Origin: Nitrosopumilus sp.
GTDB taxonomy: Archaea > Thermoproteota > Nitrososphaeria > Nitrososphaerales > Nitrosopumilaceae
Length of the DNA: 64,000 nucleotides
NCBI GenBank assembly: GCA_965206745.1
Contig: OZ242220.1
Location: 32,001 to 96,000, forward strand
Direction: 5' to 3'
Under the pieces are notes generated by a model. It searched no databases. It worked only from the letters and a program-made list of their open reading frames with translations, and was not told the DNA's origin. The translations under genes were made by a program, and so were the position numbers. Shown here one piece after another: positions 1-7,975 of this stretch (position 1 is the stretch's first letter; each line of letters opens with the position of its first letter).

Positions 1-140
1 ATCTTCTTGAATCGAGTTTTCCCATCAGTAAGGGTGCGTATTACAGGCAAGTTGGGCAGTCTAGGGACAAATTAATTGGATTATTCTATTCAATCATACT
101 TTTTCGTGGTCTAGGCATACTTTTGCCTGATGATATAGAT

Positions 141-419
141 GTGATATCAAAGCTTTCAGAGCAGATTAGTGTGATTAATGAGAGTGATATTTTCCCTGAG
201 AGAGAAGAAGAAGTGATTAATGTGATTGATAGGCTCATTCGTCAGGCATGCAATATGTGATGTATGTGATATGGTTAGTCTGCCTCAAATCAAACCGTAT
301 GTGATGATATGTGTGTGATTGTTAATCTAAAGTGTGAAATAATATTGTTCAATCACAATAAATCACGCTGTAGGCGTAAAAGTTGTGATGTTGATAGAAA
401 TTCCTGAACCTGATGTGAT
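141..419. repeat. Array of GTGAT boxes upstream of and into the membrane-anchored wHTH gene
   Basis: GTGAT at 141, 171, 184, 213, 222, 257, 266, 301, 315, 385 and 415; inverted ATCAC at 352 and 362. Pairs recur about every 42-44 bp. Confidence 0.7.
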
Positions 420-990
420 TTTAAACATGGTTCTGGCATTCATTATCGGTGTTGCAGGACTGATTGCTTACTTTAAGGCACGTCCATTCATAAAAATTAA
501 GAGAGATGTTTTTGATGCCTCACAAGCTGAACGCTTGGAATACTATGAAAGACAGCTAATTGACATGAAAATACGCCTAGATGCCATAGAAATCCAAGGA
601 ATTGAGCAAAAAACAGAGGATCCCAACCTAGAGTTAAAACAATTCCTAGAGAAACTAGCCATGAATCAGGTCCAAGAAAAACCAATTGAGGTTCCCAGCA
701 AGGTCGAATCTGTTCCTGAAAAGGTCGATTCCACGCCCATTATTCAGAATATTGTGCCTATAAACCCGGTTAACTATGTGTTGCACCTAATCACAACCAA
801 AGATATGACATCACGTGACATTCAAATCACACTAAAGAAGAGCAGGGAGCACACCTCACGTCTGATGAAAAAGTTATTTGAAGAAGGATATGTTCAAAGA
901 AATACCGAATCAAAACCATACACTTACTCAATCACCGAAAAGGGAATTGCAAAAGTGGGACGGACCGAAGAGAATCTCCTAGTACAGTAA
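385..990 (+). CDS. Membrane-anchored winged-helix (MarR-like) DNA-binding protein
   Basis: N-terminal TM (VLAFIIGVAGLIAYF), coiled-coil segment, C-terminal wHTH (TSRDIQITLKKSREHTSRLMKKLFEEGYVQR...YSITEKG). Confidence 0.8.
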   Translation: MMLIEIPEPDVILNMVLAFIIGVAGLIAYFKARPFIKIKRDVFDASQAERLEYYERQLIDMKIRLDAIEIQGIEQKTEDPNLELKQFLEKLAMNQVQEKPIEVPSKVESVPEKVDSTPIIQNIVPINPVNYVLHLITTKDMTSRDIQITLKKSREHTSRLMKKLFEEGYVQRNTESKPYTYSITEKGIAKVGRTEENLLVQ

Positions 991-1114
991 GATATTTTCA
1001 GATCTTTTTTGTGATGGATTTATTGGATTTTATGAAAAATTAGTCGTATTTTATAGTAATATTATGTTTAGATAAATTATTAAATTATATATATTATTAA
1101 TTTATAGTAATAGT

Positions 1115-1276
1115 ATGTCAGTACAAGACAATGAGGTTCTAGTAAAAATTACCTCTGCAGGTACAATATCAATCCCAAAGCAGTTTAGAAAGTATATGGA
1201 CATCCAAAAAGGCGAATATGTCAAAGTAATTCTCGGAAAAGATCGATTGTTGGTTAGAAAGGTAACGATCTCTTGA
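1115..1276 (+). CDS. AbrB/MazE/SpoVT-family swapped-hairpin DNA-binding protein (53 aa, below the ORF-track cutoff)
   Basis: Read manually: MSVQDNEVLVKITSAGTISIPKQFRKYMDIQKGEYVKVILGKDRLLVRKVTIS*. Fits KITxxGxIxIPKxxRxxxxIxxGxxV; AT-rich TATA region about 25 bp upstream. Confidence 0.85.
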   Translation: MSVQDNEVLVKITSAGTISIPKQFRKYMDIQKGEYVKVILGKDRLLVRKVTIS

Positions 1277-1280
1277 TCAG

Positions 1281-1667
1281 TCATTGTTGTTTTTGAGTTA
1301 TTTTGGGGGTTTGATATGTCCATTCTCGGCCATTTCTGGTTCTATTTACCCTCCCTTTTGTAGCAAATCGTGACAAGTATGTGGAGATAATACTAAGTTT
1401 TACAGGCTCATTATATTCATCCTCATATTTCTCAAGAACGTTCGTTGAGGTAAACTTGCCCATTGGGAAGAACTTGTCGACGATATTCCAAATCTTGGAA
1501 CCGGCCGAATCCATGTTTGTAGGTTGATGCTCTTCTTCAATATTCATCAAGTCCATCATCTCGAAGATTTTAAGGACCTTGTCTCTGGTCACATTGCCCT
1601 CCAGCTTGATGTCATACCGGGCACCATCAGAATCCTCCATATCAATTCGAATACGTTTTTTAGCCAT
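1281..1667 (-). CDS. Origin-adjacent hypothetical protein with probable C-terminal winged helix
   Basis: 128 aa; C-terminus KLSIISTYLSRFATKGRVNRTRNGREWTY resembles a wHTH recognition helix plus wing. Confidence 0.7.
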   Translation of the reverse strand: MAKKRIRIDMEDSDGARYDIKLEGNVTRDKVLKIFEMMDLMNIEEEHQPTNMDSAGSKIWNIVDKFFPMGKFTSTNVLEKYEDEYNEPVKLSIISTYLSRFATKGRVNRTRNGREWTYQTPKITQKQQ

Positions 1668-2151
1668 CTTTGAGATCTAATTGATCCAGATGTTGACAGT
1701 TGAAATGATCCCAGAATATTTGTTAACTAGGTGGTTTGTTAATATTGACTGCACAAGCCACGCCTAGCCCATATTCTGTTATTAACAACCATTCCAGAAT
1801 TGGCCCCTCCTGAATAGGATATTTCGTGCCTGGAGTGGAAATAAAGGGGTCAAAATGGAGATATTCACAGTGTTAACACCCATCTTAACGCCTGGAGTGG
1901 AAATAAAGGGGTCAAAATGGGCTTTTTTCAGCATATCTTAACACCAAATTAACAACCATGTTAACCTGTTCCACATGCAGGAACAAACCCACACACCAGT
2001 ATTTCCACTCTATGTTTTTTTTAATTTTTTTTAATAGAAAATCTAAAACTAAGTAAAAATAATTAATTACAAACTAAACTAGTATTACTATTCTATTCTA
2101 TACTCTCTTAATTGAGGTGTAGTTGTTGATATTGACTGGAAATGAAGGTGT
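1668..2151. promoter_or_regulatory. Probable replication origin (oriC) with ORB elements and AT-rich unwinding element
   Basis: Exact 31-bp repeat GCCTGGAGTGGAAATAAAGGGGTCAAAATGG at 1828-1858 and 1890-1920 (ORB core plus G-string); inverted GAGTGGAAAT at 2001-2010; ORB-like GACTGGAAATGAAGGTG at 2134-2150; very AT-rich 2011-2110; directly upstream of cdc6. Confidence 0.9.
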
Positions 2152-3360
2152 GTGAGTATGTCTGACCCGATAGATGACTTGCTTGATGCGGCAGAATCTG
2201 GAAGATCAATTATCAAAAATCGCGACGTTCTTCATTTTACATACATTCCAAGTGTCATTTTACATAGAAAATCCGAACAAGAAAAAGTTACCCAGTCCCT
2301 CTTGCCAATCCTAAAACAATCAAGGCCCTCAAACCTCCTAGTTTATGGCAAGCCTGGAACTGGCAAAACACTGGTCGTAAAAAAAGTGCTCTCCAAGATC
2401 CAGGAGAGGGTTGAGAAATCAAAATTTCCGATAAAACTTGTATATTCCAACTCAAAAAATGAGACCACATTATACGGGCTACTAGTCAGCCTAGGCAGGC
2501 AACTGGGCCTGGAACAGGACGAACTGCCCACAACCGGACTTGCCATCAGCGAGGTCTTCAAGAGACTCCTAGCCAAGATTGAGGAGGAAGAACTTAATGC
2601 AGTTTTTGTAATTGATGAGATTGATTACCTTGCACAGCTAGTAGCAAAAACTGGCAAGGACATCCTGTACCAACTGACAAGGGCAAACGAGCAGCTAAAA
2701 CAGGGCTCCCTGACCATGGTGGGGATATCAAATGATCTGACATTCAAAGAAAAACTGGATCCCAGGGTAATTAGCAGCCTGGGAGAGGAGGAGATTGTAT
2801 TTACGAATTACAACGTCGAGCAGATAAAAAAAATTCTTGAGGAGAGAATTAGCGAATCCTTCATCGAAGGCTCTGTAGAGGAACCGGCCCTGAACCTCTG
2901 TGCGGCCCTTGCAGGAGGGGAACACGGCGATGCCAGAAGGGCCATTGACCTGCTTCGCGTATCAGGCGAACTGGCCGAGAGACAGCAATCTGAAAAGGTC
3001 ACAAATAATCATGTCAGGGATGCGGCCATGAAAATTGAAGAGAACAAGGAGGAGGCCTCCCTCAAATCATATCCGCTTCATGAAAAACTGGTGATTATAG
3101 CCATAATGAAGGCCAGCGGTTCTTCGACAGGCGAGATTTATTCCTCCTACAAAAACCTCTGCAAGATGCTAAGCAAGGACGAACTTACCCAGAGAAGGAT
3201 TACACAGATGCTCGGTGAGATTGAGTTGTCAGGGATTATCTCCGGAAGGCTTATCCATCAAGGCATTCATGGCAGGACAAAAAAATTCAAACTTACGATA
3301 TCATCTGAGATGATAAAAAAATCATTCCAAGATGACCTAAGTCTGCAAGACATTGTCTAA
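2152..3360 (+). CDS. cdc6: Orc1/Cdc6 replication initiator
   Basis: Walker A GKPGTGKT, Walker B VIDEID, sensor GDARRAIDLL, C-terminal wHTH with GRT; likely start ATG 2158. Confidence 0.97.
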   Translation: MSMSDPIDDLLDAAESGRSIIKNRDVLHFTYIPSVILHRKSEQEKVTQSLLPILKQSRPSNLLVYGKPGTGKTLVVKKVLSKIQERVEKSKFPIKLVYSNSKNETTLYGLLVSLGRQLGLEQDELPTTGLAISEVFKRLLAKIEEEELNAVFVIDEIDYLAQLVAKTGKDILYQLTRANEQLKQGSLTMVGISNDLTFKEKLDPRVISSLGEEEIVFTNYNVEQIKKILEERISESFIEGSVEEPALNLCAALAGGEHGDARRAIDLLRVSGELAERQQSEKVTNNHVRDAAMKIEENKEEASLKSYPLHEKLVIIAIMKASGSSTGEIYSSYKNLCKMLSKDELTQRRITQMLGEIELSGIISGRLIHQGIHGRTKKFKLTISSEMIKKSFQDDLSLQDIV

Positions 3361-4782
3361 ATTGGAACTGTAATTTTGATGAAAGACTTGGAAGGTCTTT
3401 AAATTTACAATTATGGCAATGCCGGGATTTGGAGTCATTCCCACACTGGCCTGAAAAGGCGTCTGCCTCTGCCAAGAACCCGAGTTTACCAACAGGATTC
3501 CCTTGTACATATCCAACTGGGCTCTGTGAACATGGCCCACATGAAAGATATCCGGTATGTCCTGAATCACCATAAGATCCTCCATTTCAGGCGCAATTGG
3601 CGTCTGGCTGCCGTAAATTGGGCTGAGGTGCCTTGCCCTGAGCAGGTGTTTCATGACATTGGTAGGCCTGTCATAACTGAGACCTGGTGTCGTCTTTACA
3701 ATGTCGTCTATACTTTGTCCATGAAACATTGACACGATGACCCCATTCAATGAGACTACAGCAGGATTGCCTACCATCATCACATTTTCCCTCTCCCATA
3801 GGCCTGAATTGTATTTTTTTGGGATGGCCGGCTGTGGCAGTGCCCTTCTGCCCGGATCGTGATTTCCAGGCATTATGATGACTTGGATATTTTTGGGGAT
3901 TTTGTCAATCAGGTCCTCTGCTTTTTTCAGCTGCTCCTGAATCGTCTGGCAGACCAGTTCCTTGTTCTGATTTGGATAAATTCCAACCCCGTCTACAATG
4001 TCTCCACCAATTAGGACAAACCGAATCTTTCTTGCAACCGGATCCGGACTGGATATCCATGATACAAAATCTGAAAATTCCTCTTCCATGAAATACTTGC
4101 TTCCAATATGCAAGTCAGAGAGAAAGACGGCATGTGCATCACTTTCTGACTTGTTTCTTGCCTGGTCTGGGATGTCTGGTAAAATCAAGTCCTTGATGAT
4201 ATATCCAGAGTTTTTTGCAGAGCCGATTCTGGCCATGACAAACTGATCCAATAGCAGGGTGCCTGCAGTTTTCTGCAGTTCCTCATCAAAAATCACGCCC
4301 TCAAACGAGCCTGAGGGATCCTCCAGAACTATCTTTGTGATATTGCGCTCAGAATTTCTGGTGGTGACCAGTCCACACACGTACAGATCGCCGTCAATCT
4401 TTGCATTTTTTAGAGACCCTGCGGATTTGAGCGATTTTGATTCTGGCCTGTCCGAAATTATCCGTTTAAGCTTGTTAAATCTGCTCGAAAACAAGGCATT
4501 GTACCCTTTGACTCCCTCGCCTGACGTGATCTTGTCAGTCGGATCAGACAGTATCTTGAGCTCGCTTTGCAGTGATGAATCCTCCTTAATTCCAAGATAT
4601 ACCTCCAAATCATCCTGATTGATCTGGAATAGTTTTTGCCGTGTCTTTTCCCTTACTATCTCCTTGATTACCCTCTCCAATTTTTTGACATCCACATTAT
4701 CTAGAATCTTAAAGGCATCAGGATGGATCTGAAATCCTTTACTCAACGCATAGCTTAACGCAAAGGCCAGTTCCTTTTTCAT
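3337..4782 (-). CDS. polD1: DNA polymerase D small subunit (DP1, proofreading exonuclease)
   Basis: OB-fold plus calcineurin-like phosphoesterase motifs SDLHIGS, GDIVDG, PGNHD, FHG, RHLSP, GHVH. Confidence 0.95.
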   Translation of the reverse strand: MKKELAFALSYALSKGFQIHPDAFKILDNVDVKKLERVIKEIVREKTRQKLFQINQDDLEVYLGIKEDSSLQSELKILSDPTDKITSGEGVKGYNALFSSRFNKLKRIISDRPESKSLKSAGSLKNAKIDGDLYVCGLVTTRNSERNITKIVLEDPSGSFEGVIFDEELQKTAGTLLLDQFVMARIGSAKNSGYIIKDLILPDIPDQARNKSESDAHAVFLSDLHIGSKYFMEEEFSDFVSWISSPDPVARKIRFVLIGGDIVDGVGIYPNQNKELVCQTIQEQLKKAEDLIDKIPKNIQVIIMPGNHDPGRRALPQPAIPKKYNSGLWERENVMMVGNPAVVSLNGVIVSMFHGQSIDDIVKTTPGLSYDRPTNVMKHLLRARHLSPIYGSQTPIAPEMEDLMVIQDIPDIFHVGHVHRAQLDMYKGILLVNSGSWQRQTPFQASVGMTPNPGIAIIVNLKTFQVFHQNYSSNLDNVLQT

Positions 4783-4837
4783 ATCAAAGAATATCCTTTG
4801 GTTTAATTAAATCTGTGCCTGTACCAACCCTCAAATA

Positions 4838-5395
4838 TTGTTCATGAAATACCGCAATATGGACAAAATCAGAGTAATCGTATTTTTTATATTTCTGGGA
4901 CTGTTTGCAGCCACGTACCAAATCGGATCGATGACTACTGTGAGTGAGGAAGAGGCAGATGCCTTCATGGCAGAATTTAACGATCTCGTTTTAGATATCG
5001 ACGCATTTGGGATCTTTACGCACAACCTGACTATTGCACTACCAATGTTTATCCCGGGATTTGGTGTGGCATGGGGACTGTTTGCAGCATGGTCAACGGG
5101 GTTTGGTTTTGCCGCAATAACTCTAACTACACCAGAACTCGGTGAAATTTCCCCACTCTCAATTCTTTTTCTGTCCCCGTTTGGCTTGATGGAGTTGGCT
5201 GCATACTCTTTTGGAATTTCCAGAAGTTTTATTCTAATTGGAGCAGTAATCAAAAAAATCAATCTGGTTCCACTAATTAAACCAACATTGATTGAAATTG
5301 GCATTGTGACGGGGCTTCTTTTGGCTGGAGGGTACATAGAATTTTACATGATAGAACTAGCTCAGGCCGAGTTCCAGACGATATCCATGCGTTGA
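4838..5395 (+). CDS. SpoIIM-like (DUF95) integral membrane protein
   Basis: Multi-TM; IFTHN..IAL.MFIPG.G and P.G..EL.AY motifs; likely start 4859. Confidence 0.75.
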   Translation: MFMKYRNMDKIRVIVFFIFLGLFAATYQIGSMTTVSEEEADAFMAEFNDLVLDIDAFGIFTHNLTIALPMFIPGFGVAWGLFAAWSTGFGFAAITLTTPELGEISPLSILFLSPFGLMELAAYSFGISRSFILIGAVIKKINLVPLIKPTLIEIGIVTGLLLAGGYIEFYMIELAQAEFQTISMR

Positions 5396-5439
5396 GAACT
5401 CCCTGGCATAGAATTTTACATGATAGAACTAGCTCAGGC
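5335..5439 (+). repeat. 33-bp exact direct repeat with a 39-bp spacer at the 3' end of the SpoIIM-like gene
   Basis: CATAGAATTTTACATGATAGAACTAGCTCAGGC at 5335-5367 and 5407-5439 (72-bp period, in frame). Confidence 0.9.
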
Positions 5440-5446
5440 AGAGGGC

Positions 5447-5662
5447 CTAGTTGACATGCCCGGGCTCGAATCCCCCGGTTTCCATTCTTGGTAGTTCTTT
5501 CCATGTGCCTCTGGATTCTTTTAACCTCATGCTTGTGGAAAACCCAGACGAATCAACCCCCCCTCCACCTGAACCTTTCAGGCCTATTACATCCCTTAAC
5601 CCTCCACCTTCAGGATCCCCCCTGCAGGTTACTTTGATAATACGTGCCAGGAACCCACCCAT
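5447..5662 (-). CDS. Small Gly-rich hypothetical protein
   Basis: 71-aa ORF with ATG start filling the gap between convergent and divergent neighbours; no family recognised. Confidence 0.45.
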   Translation of the reverse strand: MGGFLARIIKVTCRGDPEGGGLRDVIGLKGSGGGGVDSSGFSTSMRLKESRGTWKELPRMETGGFEPGHVN

Positions 5663-5798
5663 TTACGCCATCTGGTGTCTGGAATGGATTTATTCTAAGG
5701 AAATCTGCCATTTCAGCTGCCAAAATAAGAGTTTAGATATACTATACGCTACATCTAAAATAATTTAGTAGTAAATTATAAACCAAACAAGGTCAAAT

Positions 5799-6698
5799 TT
5801 GATCATGAAAGCGGCCATCACATTACTAGCTTTACTTGTGGCCTCATCAGGATATTTTGTGAGTGAATCATTTGGTGCAATTCCTGAGAATCAGGCATTT
5901 CTTTTAGAAGGTTCAGGTTTTGCAGTAAGTGAAGAGACCATCAAATTATCCCAAATTACTCTGGGCCTGTTTTCTCAGGACAAACGTGGAAGCTCAACTA
6001 ACTTTCTGATAGAAGACGGCTTTGTTACATTAGATGGAAAGAAATTTACAATTTCCGATTTGGAAGGAAAATTTTTGCGTGAAGGCAACTACATTCGGTT
6101 GACTGGCGAAATCAAAAGTTCAGGCGGATCTGATACATCAATTAGCTTTTTTGGAAGGCTGGTAGATGAAAGTAAGGATGCGTCAGTCTATGGCTTTACG
6201 GGCAGAATTACGACACCCGATACGGTTTACAAAGTAATTTACACAACAAAACTATCCACCATTGAAAAAGCTATTTCAGAGACAGGATCTGCATCCTCTG
6301 ACAAATTTACAGTTCATATTCTAGAAAATGCATCCACCCAAGGAATCAGCTCTGATATAGTTCCTGGACAAAAATCTTCTGTACTACTGAGATTCTTTTC
6401 AGATGATCGAATTTCGATAGAACCAAAATCCACCATTACGATAGTCAATGATGATACAGTATCCCACAAAATCATCAGTGGGAAGGAAAACTATGGCGAT
6501 CGACATGATCCGTTTACTCCTGATGGCAGAATTTCAACTGGTGTTATAGAGCCAGGAGAGACAGCAACGATAACATTTGATGATGCAGGATTTTACAGAC
6601 TGTATGATCCAGACTATACTTGGATGAAGATTGTAGCTTATGTATTTCCAAATTCAGACAGTCTGACTTTGGGCACAGGATTAAATGCAGGAAACTAG
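5799..6698 (+). CDS. Secreted protein with C-terminal cupredoxin-like domain (degenerate type-1 Cu site)
   Basis: Signal peptide; NDDTVSH..ISG and I.PGET.TITFDDAGFY; the CxxHxxM loop appears as DPDYTWM. Confidence 0.75.
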   Translation: MIMKAAITLLALLVASSGYFVSESFGAIPENQAFLLEGSGFAVSEETIKLSQITLGLFSQDKRGSSTNFLIEDGFVTLDGKKFTISDLEGKFLREGNYIRLTGEIKSSGGSDTSISFFGRLVDESKDASVYGFTGRITTPDTVYKVIYTTKLSTIEKAISETGSASSDKFTVHILENASTQGISSDIVPGQKSSVLLRFFSDDRISIEPKSTITIVNDDTVSHKIISGKENYGDRHDPFTPDGRISTGVIEPGETATITFDDAGFYRLYDPDYTWMKIVAYVFPNSDSLTLGTGLNAGN

Positions 6699-7408
6699 CT
6701 TTCCCACTGCCATCTGTAATTCATGTAAGAATCAAGACTCGTTTGATTAAACACCATTACAGACAAATCAGAAAACTCCCTTCCTTCCAGCTCTTTTACC
6801 GTTCCCTCGAAACTTGTCTCATCCTCAGTAGTTATTGCCTCAAAAACATGAACCCTCATCCTGTCAGTCTCAAAACCGTGCTCTCGAAGGTAAGTTGCTA
6901 TCTCAGATGGCATGAAATGCTTGTCTGGCTGTTTTGGCCAGGGTCTTGGAACTAACAATACACTGAAACCGTCAATCAATGCTTTTTGCAATTCCAACTT
7001 TTTATCCTCAATAGGAGTTGTAACGTGCATCGTAATTACCTTGGACTTGTCAAGGGGGACCCTTGCCCTTGATGCGGCAACCTGAATTGAACTGATGCCT
7101 GGAACAATCTCAACATCGCCAAAAATCTCTATCAGTCTGTCCACAACTTCTGATTCTGAAAAATTAACATCGCCAGTAAATGGAACAACCAATGTTCTGT
7201 CACCGAGCTGTGGAAGAATTTTTTGATACGAGTCTTCCTGATCATTCATAGTAATTTCATAGATCTCCTTTCCTGTGATCAGGCCTTTGATTGTTTTTAG
7301 CGTGTATTTGTAGCCTATAACGACATCGCAACTTTGAATTATCTCTTTTACAATCTCTGTTACGTATTTTGGAGAACCGGGCCCGACACCTACAGCATAA
7401 ACTTTCAA
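6695..7408 (-). CDS. cbiE: Cobalt-precorrin-7 C5-methyltransferase
   Basis: Tetrapyrrole methylase motifs VGVGPGS, TGDVNFS, VPGISSIQ. Confidence 0.85.
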   Translation of the reverse strand: MKVYAVGVGPGSPKYVTEIVKEIIQSCDVVIGYKYTLKTIKGLITGKEIYEITMNDQEDSYQKILPQLGDRTLVVPFTGDVNFSESEVVDRLIEIFGDVEIVPGISSIQVAASRARVPLDKSKVITMHVTTPIEDKKLELQKALIDGFSVLLVPRPWPKQPDKHFMPSEIATYLREHGFETDRMRVHVFEAITTEDETSFEGTVKELEGREFSDLSVMVFNQTSLDSYMNYRWQWES

Positions 7409-7902
7409 TTTTGCTCTATCAAGTTTTGCCTGTCTTTAATATATTGCACAAAAGGCCCCCAATCCACCTTCATGTATTTTGTAGGCTCCTTTGCAGGATA
7501 TTTTACCCAATCCTGGGCTATCGAATACTGAAACTTTTCATCTTTCCCGTCCTTTTGATACTCCAGTTGCAATGAACTTCCCCATTCCTTCTCTGTAAAG
7601 CCAATGCTGGAAATATCATCAAAAGATATTTCTACATTTCTTTCATCCTCACAATCATTCATCAGGTCCTCCTCACCGTATCCATCATGGCAAACCATGA
7701 TATTTTTTGATTTGATAAAATTGACTACCTGTCTCTGTGTAATGGCCTTCCACCAGTTTATTTTGGACTCTGTCTTGTGAATAAACATCAAATGTCTGTT
7801 AGTTAGTACCAGCATGCCCTCTCTTCCTCCGATCGAGAAGAATTTGTTTGACTCTCTCCATATTGAAACCAGATGTGCCTGAATCTTCTCACCAGGTTCC
7901 AT
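7405..7902 (-). CDS. Hypothetical protein, PH/GRAM-like fold
   Basis: GMLVLTNRHLMF motif typical of PH-like domains; translationally coupled to cbiE. Confidence 0.65.
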   Translation of the reverse strand: MEPGEKIQAHLVSIWRESNKFFSIGGREGMLVLTNRHLMFIHKTESKINWWKAITQRQVVNFIKSKNIMVCHDGYGEEDLMNDCEDERNVEISFDDISSIGFTEKEWGSSLQLEYQKDGKDEKFQYSIAQDWVKYPAKEPTKYMKVDWGPFVQYIKDRQNLIEQN

Positions 7903-7975
7903 ATCCGTTAGTTTGTTGGACTTTGTTAAAAACTAATACCATTAGCTTTTAAGTGAGAATTTCTGGGGGAAATTA

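Noticed and set aside
1-60. 5' end of a minus-strand gene running off the window
   Set aside because: Too little sequence to fix the frame or product.
5335-5439. Mini-CRISPR (33-bp repeat, 39-bp spacer)
   Set aside because: The repeat is ordinary coding sequence of the SpoIIM-like gene (IEFYMIELAQ), there are only two copies, and there is no leader or cas gene.
5458-5486. tRNA 3' fragment (CCCGGGCTCGAATCCCCCGGTTTCCA)
   Set aside because: Resembles a T-arm but lacks GTTC, and no D-arm or anticodon arm can be folded upstream.
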